From the NCBI RefSeq assembly GCF_002295065.1, contig NZ_NSGG01000001.1, forward strand, positions 270,553 to 334,552: a stretch of 64,000 bases of DNA, written 5' to 3'. A program made the translations under genes and the position numbers. Positions 1 to 10,821 of this stretch are shown here, piece by piece. The DNA comes from Mesorhizobium sp. WSM3859 (GTDB taxonomy: Bacteria; Pseudomonadota; Alphaproteobacteria; Rhizobiales; Rhizobiaceae). Within the stretch, counting starts at the first letter, position 1. Every line of letters begins with the position of its first letter. The notes beneath the pieces are model-generated. The model saw only the letters and a list, made by a program, of their open reading frames with translations, did no database searches and had not been told where the DNA came from.

Positions 1-1
1 C

Positions 2-555
<554 letters not shown>

Positions 556-559
<4 letters not shown>

Positions 560-1206
560 GCGATCTCGTCCTCCACAATTACTACCGCTCCTCCACCTCA
601 TACCGGGTGCGGATCGCGCTGGCGATGAAAGGCCTGGACTATACATATGTGCCGCATCATCTGCGCCACGGCGAGCATCTCGAGCCCGCTTATCTCGCGG
701 TCAACCCGCAAGGTCTGGTGCCGGCGCTGGTGCTGGACGACGGCCGGCTTTTGACGCAGTCGCTGGCGATCATCGAATATCTCGACGAGATTGAGCCTGA
801 GCCGCCGCTGCTGCCGAAGGATGCGCTGGGCCGTGCCCGCGTCAGGATGCTGGCGCAGATGATCGCCTGCGACATCCACCCCGTGAACAATCTGCGCGTG
901 CTGACATCGCTGCGCACCTTGTTCGGCGCCGGCGACGAGGATGTCGTCAACTGGTTCCGGCACTGGGTGAACGAAGGTTTCCAGCCGCTTGAAAAGATTC
1001 TCGCCTCCTCGCCCGAGACCGGCACCTTCTGCCACGGCGACACACCGGGCCTCGCCGATATCTGCCTCGCGGCGCAGGTCACCAACAACGCCCGCTTCGG
1101 CGTCGACATGGCACCCTATCCGGTGATTGCGCGCATCAACGCCGCCTGCATGGCGCTGCCGGCGTTCCAGAAGGCAGCGCCGCAGAACCAGATCGATGCC
1201 GAATAG
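556..1206 (+). CDS. maiA: maleylacetoacetate isomerase (glutathione S-transferase zeta class)
   Basis: 217 aa. The N-terminus MSDLVLHNYYRSSTSYRVRIALAMKGL and the GST-zeta SSTS motif are present. It is translationally coupled to the upstream FAH gene. Confidence 0.85.
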
Positions 1207-1675
1207 GGAAGCCAAGGATCCGGACGAGGCAAAGGCACTCGCCGACATCGAAGAGTATGGCTGCCACATTCTCTATGTGCTGGAGGAGGACGAGCATCCG
1301 CCCTTCGCATACTCGGTCGGGATAGAGCACAATTTTGGCGTCCCGGAATTGGTCGTCATCGGGCTCAAGCCGGAGCTTTCGATGACCATTATCAACGAAT
1401 ACTGCAGACGAGTGCGCAGCGGCGAGAGGGTCCGCGTCGGTGAGCGGGCATCGGGTTTTCTGGGAGGTGGTTTCGACTGTCAGTTCGGTGCGGTCCACCC
1501 CGATCACTACCCCGAATATTTCGGCTGGGACATATGGTTCTACGACGGGCCGGATTTCCAGATTGTGCAGCTTATTTTTCCGTCGACGTCCGGGGTTTGG
1601 CCGTGGGATGCAGAAGCTGATGAATGGTTTCGCAAACGGCAGCCCCTTCTAGACCAACCACCGTTGCCACCTTAG
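1196..1675 (+). CDS. DUF4262 domain-containing protein
   Basis: 159 aa. The ATG at 1196 overlaps the maiA 3' end by 11 nt. The sequence (HILYVLEEDEHPPFAYSVGIEHNFGVPELVVIGL) resembles the DUF4262 family. GC is visibly lower than in neighbouring genes. Confidence 0.6.
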   Translation: MPNREAKDPDEAKALADIEEYGCHILYVLEEDEHPPFAYSVGIEHNFGVPELVVIGLKPELSMTIINEYCRRVRSGERVRVGERASGFLGGGFDCQFGAVHPDHYPEYFGWDIWFYDGPDFQIVQLIFPSTSGVWPWDAEADEWFRKRQPLLDQPPLPP

Positions 1676-1729
1676 TTCGGATCGTCGCCAACCACCTGCC
1701 ATTGAACTGAGATATATGGAAGCAATCTT

Positions 1730-2773
<1,044 letters not shown>

Positions 2774-2901
2774 CTGCCATTCCACAAAAATTTGCGCGAT
2801 CGCTTTACAACCAGCGTCAAATCTTGCACAATTTTAAGTAGATAACATCAGACGAACACGCATAGATTGAATTCATCAAATTCTCTTGGCCGAGGCCGGA
2901 A

Positions 2902-3465
2902 ATGAGGCTGTTTCTGCTCTGTCTTTTGCTGCTGTGGCTTACGTTCAGTGCCCGAGCGCAGGACAATGGAGTTGGAGATCAATCATCAAATCAGGGCGAT
3001 GAACCCGGGGCGGCAAAGGAATCCACTTTGCGGTTCGAAGATTTTCCGGCGAAAATCTTCCAAAAGAAGGCTGCGAGGAACATTCAAATTCGCCCCAATG
3101 ATTCCTGGGCGCGGGCGGTTAAGCCGGATATTCGCGAAGCATTGAAACGAGGCGCTGATTTTGCCGGCCATTTTTCCGTTGTTTTGGTCAATTGCGGCAA
3201 CGCTTGCATCGCTGCGCGCATGATCGATTTGCGCACCGGTCAGCTCTTTTGGATCCCAGGGGGCTACCAGTTGGATTTGGAATACTATCTGAGGAGCCGG
3301 CTGATGAGGGTTGCCTGGGCGCAGCCCTCCGAAAATCCGGTGTGCGTGCGTCAAGATTTCGAGTGGACGGGGCGGAAGTTCGTCAAGCGTTACGAGGATC
3401 GCGAAAACGTTGCCGATACCTCCTACTGCCCTCCTTTGCCGAACATAGGCAAGCAGCCTCGGTGA
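2902..3465 (+). CDS. hypothetical secreted protein (signal peptide, cysteine-containing); ORFan
   Basis: 187 aa. The N-terminal hydrophobic leader MRLFLLCLLLLWLTFSARA is followed by an AQ cleavage-like site. A GAGG RBS is present. The gene sits inside a low-GC island (about 2780-3470). Confidence 0.5.
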   Translation: MRLFLLCLLLLWLTFSARAQDNGVGDQSSNQGDEPGAAKESTLRFEDFPAKIFQKKAARNIQIRPNDSWARAVKPDIREALKRGADFAGHFSVVLVNCGNACIAARMIDLRTGQLFWIPGGYQLDLEYYLRSRLMRVAWAQPSENPVCVRQDFEWTGRKFVKRYEDRENVADTSYCPPLPNIGKQPR

Positions 3466-3480
3466 GCTCGGCGGAAGCGC

Positions 3481-4401
3481 TCACCGCGCAAACCTCTTCG
3501 CCCCGAACACGCAGGCCACGACGCCGAGCGTGACGACCACCATCATCGGGCTGACCTTTTCGCGCAGCAGGGTCGCCGCCAGCGCAAGGCCGAAGAAGGG
3601 TTGCAGCAATTGCAACTGACCGACGGCGGCGATGCCGCCTTGCGCCAGGCCGCGATACCAGAACACGAAGCCGATCAGCATGCTGAACAGCGAGACATAG
3701 GCGAGGCCGATCCAGGCGTTGGAACCGATGGCCGCGAAGGACGGCGGCAGCGTCGCGAGACTCAACGCCAGCATGACCGGCAGCGACAGCGCCAGCGCCC
3801 AGCAGATCACCTGCCAGCCGCCGAGCTTGCGCGACAGCTTGGCCCCTTCGGCGTAGCCCAGCCCGCAGACGATGATTGCGCCAAGCATCAGGCCGTCGCC
3901 GACCGGCGACGCGGTCACGCCTTGCGCCAGGGCAAAGCCGGCCACCAAAGCGCTTCCCAGGCACGAGAACAGCCAGAAGGCCGGGCGCGGACGGTCGCCG
4001 CCGCGCAGCACGCCGAAAATCGCGGTCGCCAGCGGCAGCAGGCCGACAAAGATGATCGAATGCGCCGAAGTGACATGTTTCAGCGCCAGCGCCGTCAGCA
4101 ACGGGAAGCCGACCACGACACCCAGCGCCACGACGGCCAGCGAGACCAGATCTCCTCGCTCCGGACGTTTCTCGCGGAACAGCAGCAGCATCGCAATCCC
4201 GAGCAGACCGGCGATCGCCGCCCTGGCCGCCGTCAGGAAGGTCGGGTCGAAATCCATCACCGCCACCCGCGTCGCCGGCAGCGATCCGCTGAAGATCAGC
4301 ACCCCGATGAAGCCGCTGAGCCAGCCGTCGAAACTCTTTTCCAATGATCTGCTCCGTTTGCGCTTCCGTAGCGGCGCGGGCCATGGTGTCGCCAGAGACA
4401 A
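3481..4401 (-). CDS. DMT family transporter (EamA-like, 10 TMS)
   Basis: 306 aa, highly hydrophobic with repeated EamA-type halves. It is divergent from the MocR regulator gene. Confidence 0.75.
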   Translation of the reverse strand: MSLATPWPAPLRKRKRSRSLEKSFDGWLSGFIGVLIFSGSLPATRVAVMDFDPTFLTAARAAIAGLLGIAMLLLFREKRPERGDLVSLAVVALGVVVGFPLLTALALKHVTSAHSIIFVGLLPLATAIFGVLRGGDRPRPAFWLFSCLGSALVAGFALAQGVTASPVGDGLMLGAIIVCGLGYAEGAKLSRKLGGWQVICWALALSLPVMLALSLATLPPSFAAIGSNAWIGLAYVSLFSMLIGFVFWYRGLAQGGIAAVGQLQLLQPFFGLALAATLLREKVSPMMVVVTLGVVACVFGAKRFAR

Positions 4402-4447
4402 TGGAGTACAATTCTACAGAACTGTAATGGTCGGCAGGGAAGTACAG

Positions 4448-5866
4448 ATGGACACATCGGGCCCAAATGCCAGCGGTGCCACCCTCGTCGAAACCGTCAT
4501 GGCGGCAATCCGCCAGCGTATCGCGGCGCGCACGCTGACGCCCGGAGCCCGCCTGCCGTCGATACGGGCCATGGCCAAATCGATGCAGGTTTCGAAATCG
4601 ACCGTGGTCGAAGCCTATGAGCGCCTCGCCGCCGAAGGCACGATCCGTTCGCGCCCAGGCTCGGGTTTCTACGCGGCCGGCCAGCTTGCGCCATTGTCGC
4701 TGGCCGAGATCGGCCCTCGGCTTGACCGCGCCGTCGACCCGCTCTGGGTGTCGCGGCAATCGCTGGAAGCGGGCGAGGAGATGCTGAAGCCCGGCTGCGG
4801 CTGGCTGCCGGCGTCCTGGATGCCGCAGGCCGGCTTGCGCCAGGCGCTGCGCAGCGCGGCCCGCGCGGACGACGTGGTGCTTGCGGACTACGGCACGCCG
4901 CTTGGCCTGCCGCCGCTGCGCCAATTGCTGGCAAGGCGCATGGCCGAGCATGGCGTCGAGGTCTCGCCGGACCAGATCATGCTGACCGACTGCGGCACCC
5001 AGGCGATCGACCTTTTGTGCCGCTACCTGATCGAGCCCGGCGACACGGTCCTGGTCGACGATCCCTGCTATTTCAACTTTCACGCGCTGTTGCGCGCCCA
5101 TCAGGCCAAAGTAGTTGGCGTGCCTTATACGCCTTCGGGACCGGATATCGAGCTTTTCGCCGCCGCGCTCGCCGAGCTGCGGCCGCGCCTCTACATCACC
5201 AATTCCGGCATCCACAACCCGACGGGCGCGATCCTGTCGCCGGTCACCGCGCATCGGCTGCTCAAGCTCGCCGACCAGGCGGACCTCACCATTGTCGAGG
5301 ACGATATCTTCGCCGACTTCGAGCACAGCCCTGCCCCCAGGCTCGCGGCCTTCGACGGACTGCAGCGCGTCGTCCAGATCGGCTCCTTCTCCAAGACGCT
5401 GTCGGCCTCGGTGCGCTGCGGCTTCATCGCGGCGCCCCCCGACTGGATGGAGGGCCTGACCGATCTCAAGATCGCCACGACATTCGGCGGTGCGCGGTTG
5501 TCCGCCGAACTGGTGCTGACCCTGTTGAAGGACGGCAGCTACCGCAAGCATGTCGAGCAGTTGCGCACGCGCCTGTCGCGCGCGATGGCCGAGACCGCCG
5601 GCCGGCTGAAGGCGATGGGCGTCACGCCCTGGATCGACCAGCCTGCCGGCATGTTCCTCTGGTGCCGCCTGCCCGACGGCATCGATGCCGCAGATGTCGC
5701 GCGCCATGCGCTTTCGGACAATGTAGTGCTGGCGCCCGGCAATGCCTTCAGCCTGTCGCACACCGCCGGCCGCTTCATGCGCTTCAACGTGGCGCAATGC
5801 GAAGATCAGCGCATTTTCAGGGCCCTGGACAAGGCGATGGCGGCATCGCGCCGCAAAGCCGCGTAG
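4448..5866 (+). CDS. MocR-family (GntR HTH + PLP aminotransferase-like domain) transcriptional regulator
   Basis: 473 aa. The N-terminal GntR HTH (IAARTLTPGARLPSIRAMAKSMQVSKSTVVEAYERLAAEG) is followed by an aminotransferase class I/II-like domain. A GGGAAG RBS lies upstream of the ATG at 4448. Confidence 0.8.
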   Translation: MDTSGPNASGATLVETVMAAIRQRIAARTLTPGARLPSIRAMAKSMQVSKSTVVEAYERLAAEGTIRSRPGSGFYAAGQLAPLSLAEIGPRLDRAVDPLWVSRQSLEAGEEMLKPGCGWLPASWMPQAGLRQALRSAARADDVVLADYGTPLGLPPLRQLLARRMAEHGVEVSPDQIMLTDCGTQAIDLLCRYLIEPGDTVLVDDPCYFNFHALLRAHQAKVVGVPYTPSGPDIELFAAALAELRPRLYITNSGIHNPTGAILSPVTAHRLLKLADQADLTIVEDDIFADFEHSPAPRLAAFDGLQRVVQIGSFSKTLSASVRCGFIAAPPDWMEGLTDLKIATTFGGARLSAELVLTLLKDGSYRKHVEQLRTRLSRAMAETAGRLKAMGVTPWIDQPAGMFLWCRLPDGIDAADVARHALSDNVVLAPGNAFSLSHTAGRFMRFNVAQCEDQRIFRALDKAMAASRRKAA

Positions 5867-5955
5867 CGCGACCGTCGATTGCCCAGGCGATCTCGCGGGC
5901 TCAAAACCGGACGCCGGATTGCGCTTGCCTCCCGCCCTTCGGCCCAACCGGGCAA

Positions 5956-5999
5956 TTGACAGGCCTCATCGCGCAAGGCATAGATAGACAGACCTGTCT
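5956..5999 (+). promoter_or_regulatory. putative sigma70-like promoter (TTGACA at 5956-5961) with downstream perfect palindrome AGACAG-AC-CTGTCT (5986-5999); candidate TetR operator
   Basis: The palindrome lies 17 bp upstream of the TetR start codon. The -35/-10 spacing is plausible. Confidence 0.4.
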
Positions 6000-6015
6000 T
6001 ACTACCGTTGCTATC

Positions 6016-6597
6016 ATGACCGAACCGACCAGAACGGACAAGCGCCGGCACATCGTTGAAACCGCCTATGCGTTGTTCAAGCGCTTGGGCTTTCACGCCA
6101 CCGGCATCGACCGCATCATCGCCGAAGCCGACGTGGCCAAGATGACCATGTACCGGCACTTTCCCAGCAAGGACGATTTGATGGTTGAGGTCCTGGCCTA
6201 CCGTGCGGGGCGCTTCGAGCGTCAACTCGACCGTCTCGCAGAACAGGCGGCCACGCCCGAACAGAAAATCGGCATAATCTTCGACTGGTACGGTCGATGG
6301 TTCCACAGCGCCGATTTCCACGGCTGCCTGTTCGCGCATGCCTTGGCCGAGTTCGGCGATCCGGCGCACCCGGTCTTTCAGGCCGCCGCCAGGCAGAAGA
6401 ACGACCTCAAGCGGCGCATGCGGATGATCCTCGAAGAGAGGATGCCCGCCGACGAGGCCGACAGCACTTCGGCCGCCCTGCTGATGCTGATCGAAGGCGC
6501 GACGCTGATGGCCCGGATGGGGCAGCCAGACTTGGCCATTCGCGACGCCCGCAAGGCGGCAATGGCCATTCTCGCCGCGCGGGGGAGACCGCAATGA
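6016..6597 (+). CDS. TetR/AcrR family transcriptional regulator
   Basis: 193 aa. An N-terminal TetR HTH is present (RRHIVETAYALFKRLGFHATGIDRIIAEADVAKMTMYRHFPSKDDL). The stop overlaps the next gene start (ATGA). Confidence 0.85.
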   Translation: MTEPTRTDKRRHIVETAYALFKRLGFHATGIDRIIAEADVAKMTMYRHFPSKDDLMVEVLAYRAGRFERQLDRLAEQAATPEQKIGIIFDWYGRWFHSADFHGCLFAHALAEFGDPAHPVFQAAARQKNDLKRRMRMILEERMPADEADSTSAALLMLIEGATLMARMGQPDLAIRDARKAAMAILAARGRPQ

Positions 6598-7430
6598 GCG
6601 CGACAGTCATCGGCCTGGCACTGTTCGCCGCGATCCTGCATGCCAGTTGGAATGCCTTCTTGCGAACCGGCAGCGACAGGCTGTGGACCGTCACGGTCAT
6701 GAGCTTCTCGGCGACGATCGCCGCCGTTCCGCTGGCGATCTTCCATCCCCTGCCGATGTCATCGGCCTGGCCCTATATCGTTCTCTCGGCATGCCTTCAG
6801 GTCGGCTACAGCCTCTTTCTGGTGGCAGCCTACCGTTACGGTGAATTGGGACAGGTCTACCCGATCGTTCGCGGCTCGGTGCCGCTCCTGGTAGCGATTG
6901 GCGGTTTCATTGTGGCGGGCGAGCGCCTGAGCACGCTTCAGACCCTTGGCGTCGTTCTTGCCGCGCTCGGCATCATGAGCCTTTCGCTTGGCAAAGGGCG
7001 CGCGGCAACCACATCGATCCTGTATGCCCTGGCGACCGGCGCGATCATCGCCGCCTATGCGACGGTCGATGCCATCGGCGTCCGATCGGCGGGAAGCTCA
7101 GGCGCCTACACGGCCTGGGTGCTGTTGGTCTACGGCGTGCTGCTGCCGGTCACCTTCATCCTCTGCCGCGGCAAGCTCACGGTGGACTTTCGTTCGCCCG
7201 ACGCGCTGAAGGCGCTTGGCGGCGGGATTTTCGCCCTGATTGCCTATGGCGCCGTGGTTGCGGCCTTCGTGCTCGGGCCGGCCGGTCCGATCACGGCCAT
7301 CCGCGAGACGAGCGTGGTTTTCGCGGCGCTGATTGGACGGCTTTTCCTGGGAGAAACGCTGACGCCGAAGCGCATTGCGGCCTGCGGCGTTGTCGCGCTA
7401 GGTGCAATCTGCCTTGGCTATCATGGATGA
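6594..7430 (+). CDS. DMT family transporter (EamA-like), co-transcribed with TetR regulator
   Basis: 278 aa, hydrophobic with EamA-like halves. Its ATG overlaps the TetR stop. Confidence 0.75.
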   Translation: MSATVIGLALFAAILHASWNAFLRTGSDRLWTVTVMSFSATIAAVPLAIFHPLPMSSAWPYIVLSACLQVGYSLFLVAAYRYGELGQVYPIVRGSVPLLVAIGGFIVAGERLSTLQTLGVVLAALGIMSLSLGKGRAATTSILYALATGAIIAAYATVDAIGVRSAGSSGAYTAWVLLVYGVLLPVTFILCRGKLTVDFRSPDALKALGGGIFALIAYGAVVAAFVLGPAGPITAIRETSVVFAALIGRLFLGETLTPKRIAACGVVALGAICLGYHG

Positions 7431-7499
7431 CTGCGGCCGAGAGGCTGTTTCGAAATTCGCTCTGGCGATGGCCGCCGGAGTAGAATTTCCAAACGGCCT

Positions 7500-7997
7500 C
7501 TAAGCGCCTGCCCGTTTGCGGCGCTCATACATCATCACCAGCGTCTCCGCGGTCAGCGCCGGCTTCTGCTCGCCTTCAATCTCGACGGTGTTGGCGGCCT
7601 TCATCAGATACTGGCCGGGGCCGCGATCTTCCATGGACAGCAGCGTGGTGCGCAGCCTGATGCGCGCCCCGGCCTTGACCGGCGCCAGGAAGCGCACCTT
7701 GTCGAAGCCGTAGTTGAAGGCGGCCTGCGTGTTTTCCGGCACGATGCCCATCTCCAGCGCCAGCGCGCCGATGATCGACAAGGTCAGATAGCCATGCGCG
7801 ATCGTGGTGCGGAACGGACTCTGCCGCTTTGCCCGCTCGGGATCGACATGGATCCACTGATGGTCGCCCGTGCATTCGGCGAACTGGTCGATGCGCCGCT
7901 GGTCGACCGTCGTCCAATCGGACACGCCGAGCTCCTGCCCGGACATCGTGCGCAACTGTTCAAAAGTCGGCGGCGTTCTCCGCCGTGGTTCGGTCAT
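7500..7997 (-). CDS. MaoC-like (R)-specific enoyl-CoA hydratase / hot-dog fold dehydratase
   Basis: 165 aa. The MaoC signature region is present (DQRRIDQFAECTGDHQWIHVDPERAK...TIAHGYLTLS). Confidence 0.8.
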   Translation of the reverse strand: MTEPRRRTPPTFEQLRTMSGQELGVSDWTTVDQRRIDQFAECTGDHQWIHVDPERAKRQSPFRTTIAHGYLTLSIIGALALEMGIVPENTQAAFNYGFDKVRFLAPVKAGARIRLRTTLLSMEDRGPGQYLMKAANTVEIEGEQKPALTAETLVMMYERRKRAGA

Positions 7998-8176
7998 TCC
8001 GGCTTTCCCGTCACTCTTGCCTGTCTCCCGACCATGAAGCGGCAGCCTCTGTCAATTCGCCGCTTCGCAATTTTCGCCGGTAGAGTTGAAGCTTTCACGG
8101 CAAGCGGAGAACGCGCCTGCGCATGGACCGGTTGCATCGCATGCGCGTCGACGATGGCCCGAAACCGCCGGATAAC

Positions 8177-8605
8177 CTATTTCTTTTCGTAGCCGGCGCG
8201 GATTTCCGCCATCGCATCCCTGATCCGGTCGCGCAGGATCTCGATCGATTCAGTACTGGATTTCCGCACAAGGTCAGCCACTTCGCTGGCGTTCTTCAGC
8301 GTCGTCTCGAACGACTTGCGGGCAAATTCAGCCTGCTTGCTCATCAGATCCTGCGGGTTGCCGGGCGTCTGGTAGTTCTGCGCCATCCGCGTGATCTCGT
8401 TGATGGCATTCTGCACCATCTCATGCTGCCTCGCCAGCACCGAGGAGGCGCCGGCCGCGCCTGCCCTCGCCGACTTTTCCAGGGCTTCGAGGTTCTTGCG
8501 ATGATGATCGAGGATCGCCTGGACATCGACATTCGGCAGTTTCAGGTCGCGGCCGAACCTGCTGAACATGTCGAGGAACGAGTCGGATTGCGGTTGTTTT
8601 GCCAT
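8177..8605 (-). CDS. phasin family protein (PHA granule-associated)
   Basis: 142 aa starting MAKQPQSDSFLDMFSRFGRDLKLPNVDVQAILDHHRKNLEAL, with a GGGAGG RBS. The phasin_2 family is typical of rhizobia. The longer ORF drawn from 8737 is unlikely to be the true start. Confidence 0.75.
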   Translation of the reverse strand: MAKQPQSDSFLDMFSRFGRDLKLPNVDVQAILDHHRKNLEALEKSARAGAAGASSVLARQHEMVQNAINEITRMAQNYQTPGNPQDLMSKQAEFARKSFETTLKNASEVADLVRKSSTESIEILRDRIRDAMAEIRAGYEKK

Positions 8606-8749
8606 GCCTGCCTCCCGTTTGCCGCGTTCGCGGCGTCCCAAGAGCAATTCCAGGAAAAGTGTGTAACGGTTAGGCTCGGCGACTTTGCCGTAGCCTTCCG
8701 TCCGGAATTGCTTAAGACCCAAGGCAGAATAGTGCACGCCGGGCCGGCG

Positions 8750-10045
8750 TCAATTGACCAGAAACAGCCGCTCCGCCGTATAGAGCGCCAAGCCGGCAAG
8801 CCCGCCGATGATCATGCCGTTGAAGCGGATATATTGCAGGTCCTTGCCGATATTCGTCTCGATCAGCCGCGTCAGCTGCACAAGGTCCCAGCGCTTGACC
8901 TGGTCGGCGATAAATGTCGACACGCCGCTCTTCTGGCTTTCCACGAACGAGGACAGCGCCACGACAAAGCCCTGGTTCATGTCGGCCCTGATCTGCGCGT
9001 CGTCGGCCAGATGCCGGCCGACCTCGACGAACATGTTGGCGAGGTGCTCGCGGATCGTCGACTTCTCCGCATTCGCGTCCTGCTCGATGAACAGGCGCAG
9101 GCTCGCCCAGGCATCGCCGGCCAGCGCCCTAACCTCCGGGCGGCCGAGAAAATCGCGCTTCAGCTTCTCGGCGCGCCTCGCATATTGCTTCGAGGTCCTG
9201 AGCCGCTCGATGAAGGCGAGCGCGAAACGGTCGAATTCGGCGCGCATCAGGTGATCGGGATCGGCCCTCACCTCATCCAGCAGCGAGCCCGCCGAAGCGA
9301 CGATCTTCTTCAGGAGATACGCATCCGTGCGAAACAGGTTGAACAGCGACGGCAGTTCCTCGCGGATCTTTTCGCGCATGGTCGCCAGCGCCTGCTCGTC
9401 GTTGAGGAAACGTCCAACCACCCGCGTGAACTCATCGAACAGCTTCTGGTGGCGGCGATCGTCGGTCAGCGCCGATAGAAGGTCGGCGGCCAAAGGCGCC
9501 AGCGGCACTTTTTCGATCTGCTCCAGCATGCGGCTGGTGACGAAGTCGCGCAGGCCGGATTGCTCCACCGCCGTCAATGTCTGCGGCACCAGCCGCGCGA
9601 CGAATCGCGACAGGCCGGCGGCTCGCTCGGCGTCGGCCAGCCAGTCGGCGACCAGAGCGGCGAAGTCGACCTCGGCGAGCTTTTCGCGCACCGGCTCCGG
9701 CGCCAGGAAATTGGCCTCGATGAAGCGGCCGAGATTGTCGGCGATGCGATGCTGGTTCTCCGGAATGATCGCCGTATGCGGAATGGGCAGCCCGAGCGGC
9801 CGCCTGAACAGCGCCACCACGGCATACCAGTCGGCGATGCCGCCTATGGTCGCCGCCTCGGCGAAAGCGGCAACGAAGCCGAGCCACGGATAGGCAGCCT
9901 GGAAGGACTTCGCCAGCGCAAAGACGAGGATGCAGAGCGCAAGCGCGGCCGCAGCGATGAACTTGGTCCGCCGCAGCGCCGAGCGCTTTGCCTGCGCATC
10001 GGTGTCGAATCGAACCGGCGCGAGAGCCGGAGCTGATTGAGACAT
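8750..10045 (-). CDS. DUF445 domain-containing membrane-associated protein
   Basis: About 431 aa, with an N-terminal TM segment and long helical regions typical of DUF445 (YjiN-like). The ATG at 10045 has an AGGAAA RBS. An alternative GTG start lies at 10069. Confidence 0.65.
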   Translation of the reverse strand: MSQSAPALAPVRFDTDAQAKRSALRRTKFIAAAALALCILVFALAKSFQAAYPWLGFVAAFAEAATIGGIADWYAVVALFRRPLGLPIPHTAIIPENQHRIADNLGRFIEANFLAPEPVREKLAEVDFAALVADWLADAERAAGLSRFVARLVPQTLTAVEQSGLRDFVTSRMLEQIEKVPLAPLAADLLSALTDDRRHQKLFDEFTRVVGRFLNDEQALATMREKIREELPSLFNLFRTDAYLLKKIVASAGSLLDEVRADPDHLMRAEFDRFALAFIERLRTSKQYARRAEKLKRDFLGRPEVRALAGDAWASLRLFIEQDANAEKSTIREHLANMFVEVGRHLADDAQIRADMNQGFVVALSSFVESQKSGVSTFIADQVKRWDLVQLTRLIETNIGKDLQYIRFNGMIIGGLAGLALYTAERLFLVN

Positions 10046-10264
10046 GAAAAGGCCGTTTCCTGTTTGCACCCGCCTCTATCTAGTGCATGTCGCCCAAAAG
10101 TGCGCAGCGGTTTTGGGAAAACGACATGCATAAAAACAAAGACTTAAAGCGCGTCGCCTGAATCCGCTTCAGCGCGACGCGCATTATGCCTGCGCCTGCG
10201 AAGCGCTCGCTCGAATCTCAGGAGCCATATCGGGACGCCATCGGCGCGGGCGCGCACAAAAAGT

Positions 10265-10279
10265 TGACACGATTATTCA
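10265..10279 (+). promoter_or_regulatory. IRO-box-like motif TGA-N9-TCA (TGACACGATTATTCA) upstream of rirA
   Basis: It matches the RirA operator consensus TGA-N9-TCA, about 80 bp upstream of the rirA ATG in a 290-bp AT-richer intergenic region. A TTGACA-like hexamer overlaps it. Confidence 0.4.
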
Positions 10280-10359
10280 GCTATGGTCCGGTCCAGTCTG
10301 GAATTGTTCCAAACTATGGGCCATATTCGGCTTTAAGCTAATATTTTCGCGAGGATACC

Positions 10360-10821
10360 ATGCGGCTCACGCGCCAGACCAATTATGCGATGCGCATCCT
10401 GATGTATTGCGCCGCAAATACCGACAGGCTGAGCCGCATCCCCGAGATCGCCGCCGCCTATTCGGTGTCGGAACTTTTCCTGTTCAAAATCCTGCAGCCG
10501 CTGGTCGAGGCCGGCCTTGTCGAAACCGTGCGTGGCCGCAACGGCGGTGTCAGGCTCGGCCGTCCGGCCGAGCAGATCAGCCTGTTCGATGTCGTGCGCG
10601 TCACCGAAGAGAGCTTCGCCATGGCCGAGTGCTTCGAGAACGACGCCGCCGAATGCCCGCTGGTCGACAGCTGCGCCCTGAATTCGGCGCTGCGCGAGGC
10701 GCTCAACGCCTTCTTCGCCGTGCTTTCCCGCTACACGATCGCCGACCTGATCGCCGCGCGCCCGAATGTGCGCCACCTGCTCGGCATCGACCTTCTGGAA
10801 CAGCGCGCCCCGGCTGCCTAG
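10360..10821 (+). CDS. rirA: Rrf2-family iron-responsive regulator RirA
   Basis: 153 aa. It reads MRLTRQTNYAMRILMYCAANTDRLSRIPEIAAAYSVSELFLFKILQPLVEAGLVETVRGRNGGVRLGRP and has the C-x-C-x5-C Fe-S cysteine cluster (CFENDAAECPLVDSC) characteristic of rhizobial RirA. Confidence 0.85.
   Translation: MRLTRQTNYAMRILMYCAANTDRLSRIPEIAAAYSVSELFLFKILQPLVEAGLVETVRGRNGGVRLGRPAEQISLFDVVRVTEESFAMAECFENDAAECPLVDSCALNSALREALNAFFAVLSRYTIADLIAARPNVRHLLGIDLLEQRAPAA

Noticed and set aside
3383-5947. 854-aa ORF on the minus strand spanning the DMT and MocR genes
   Set aside because: It overlaps two well-supported genes on opposite strands. It is a GC-rich frame artefact.
8123-9478. 451-aa plus-strand ORF
   Set aside because: It is antisense to the phasin and DUF445 genes. 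It has a low-complexity Arg/Leu-rich translation and no family similarity.
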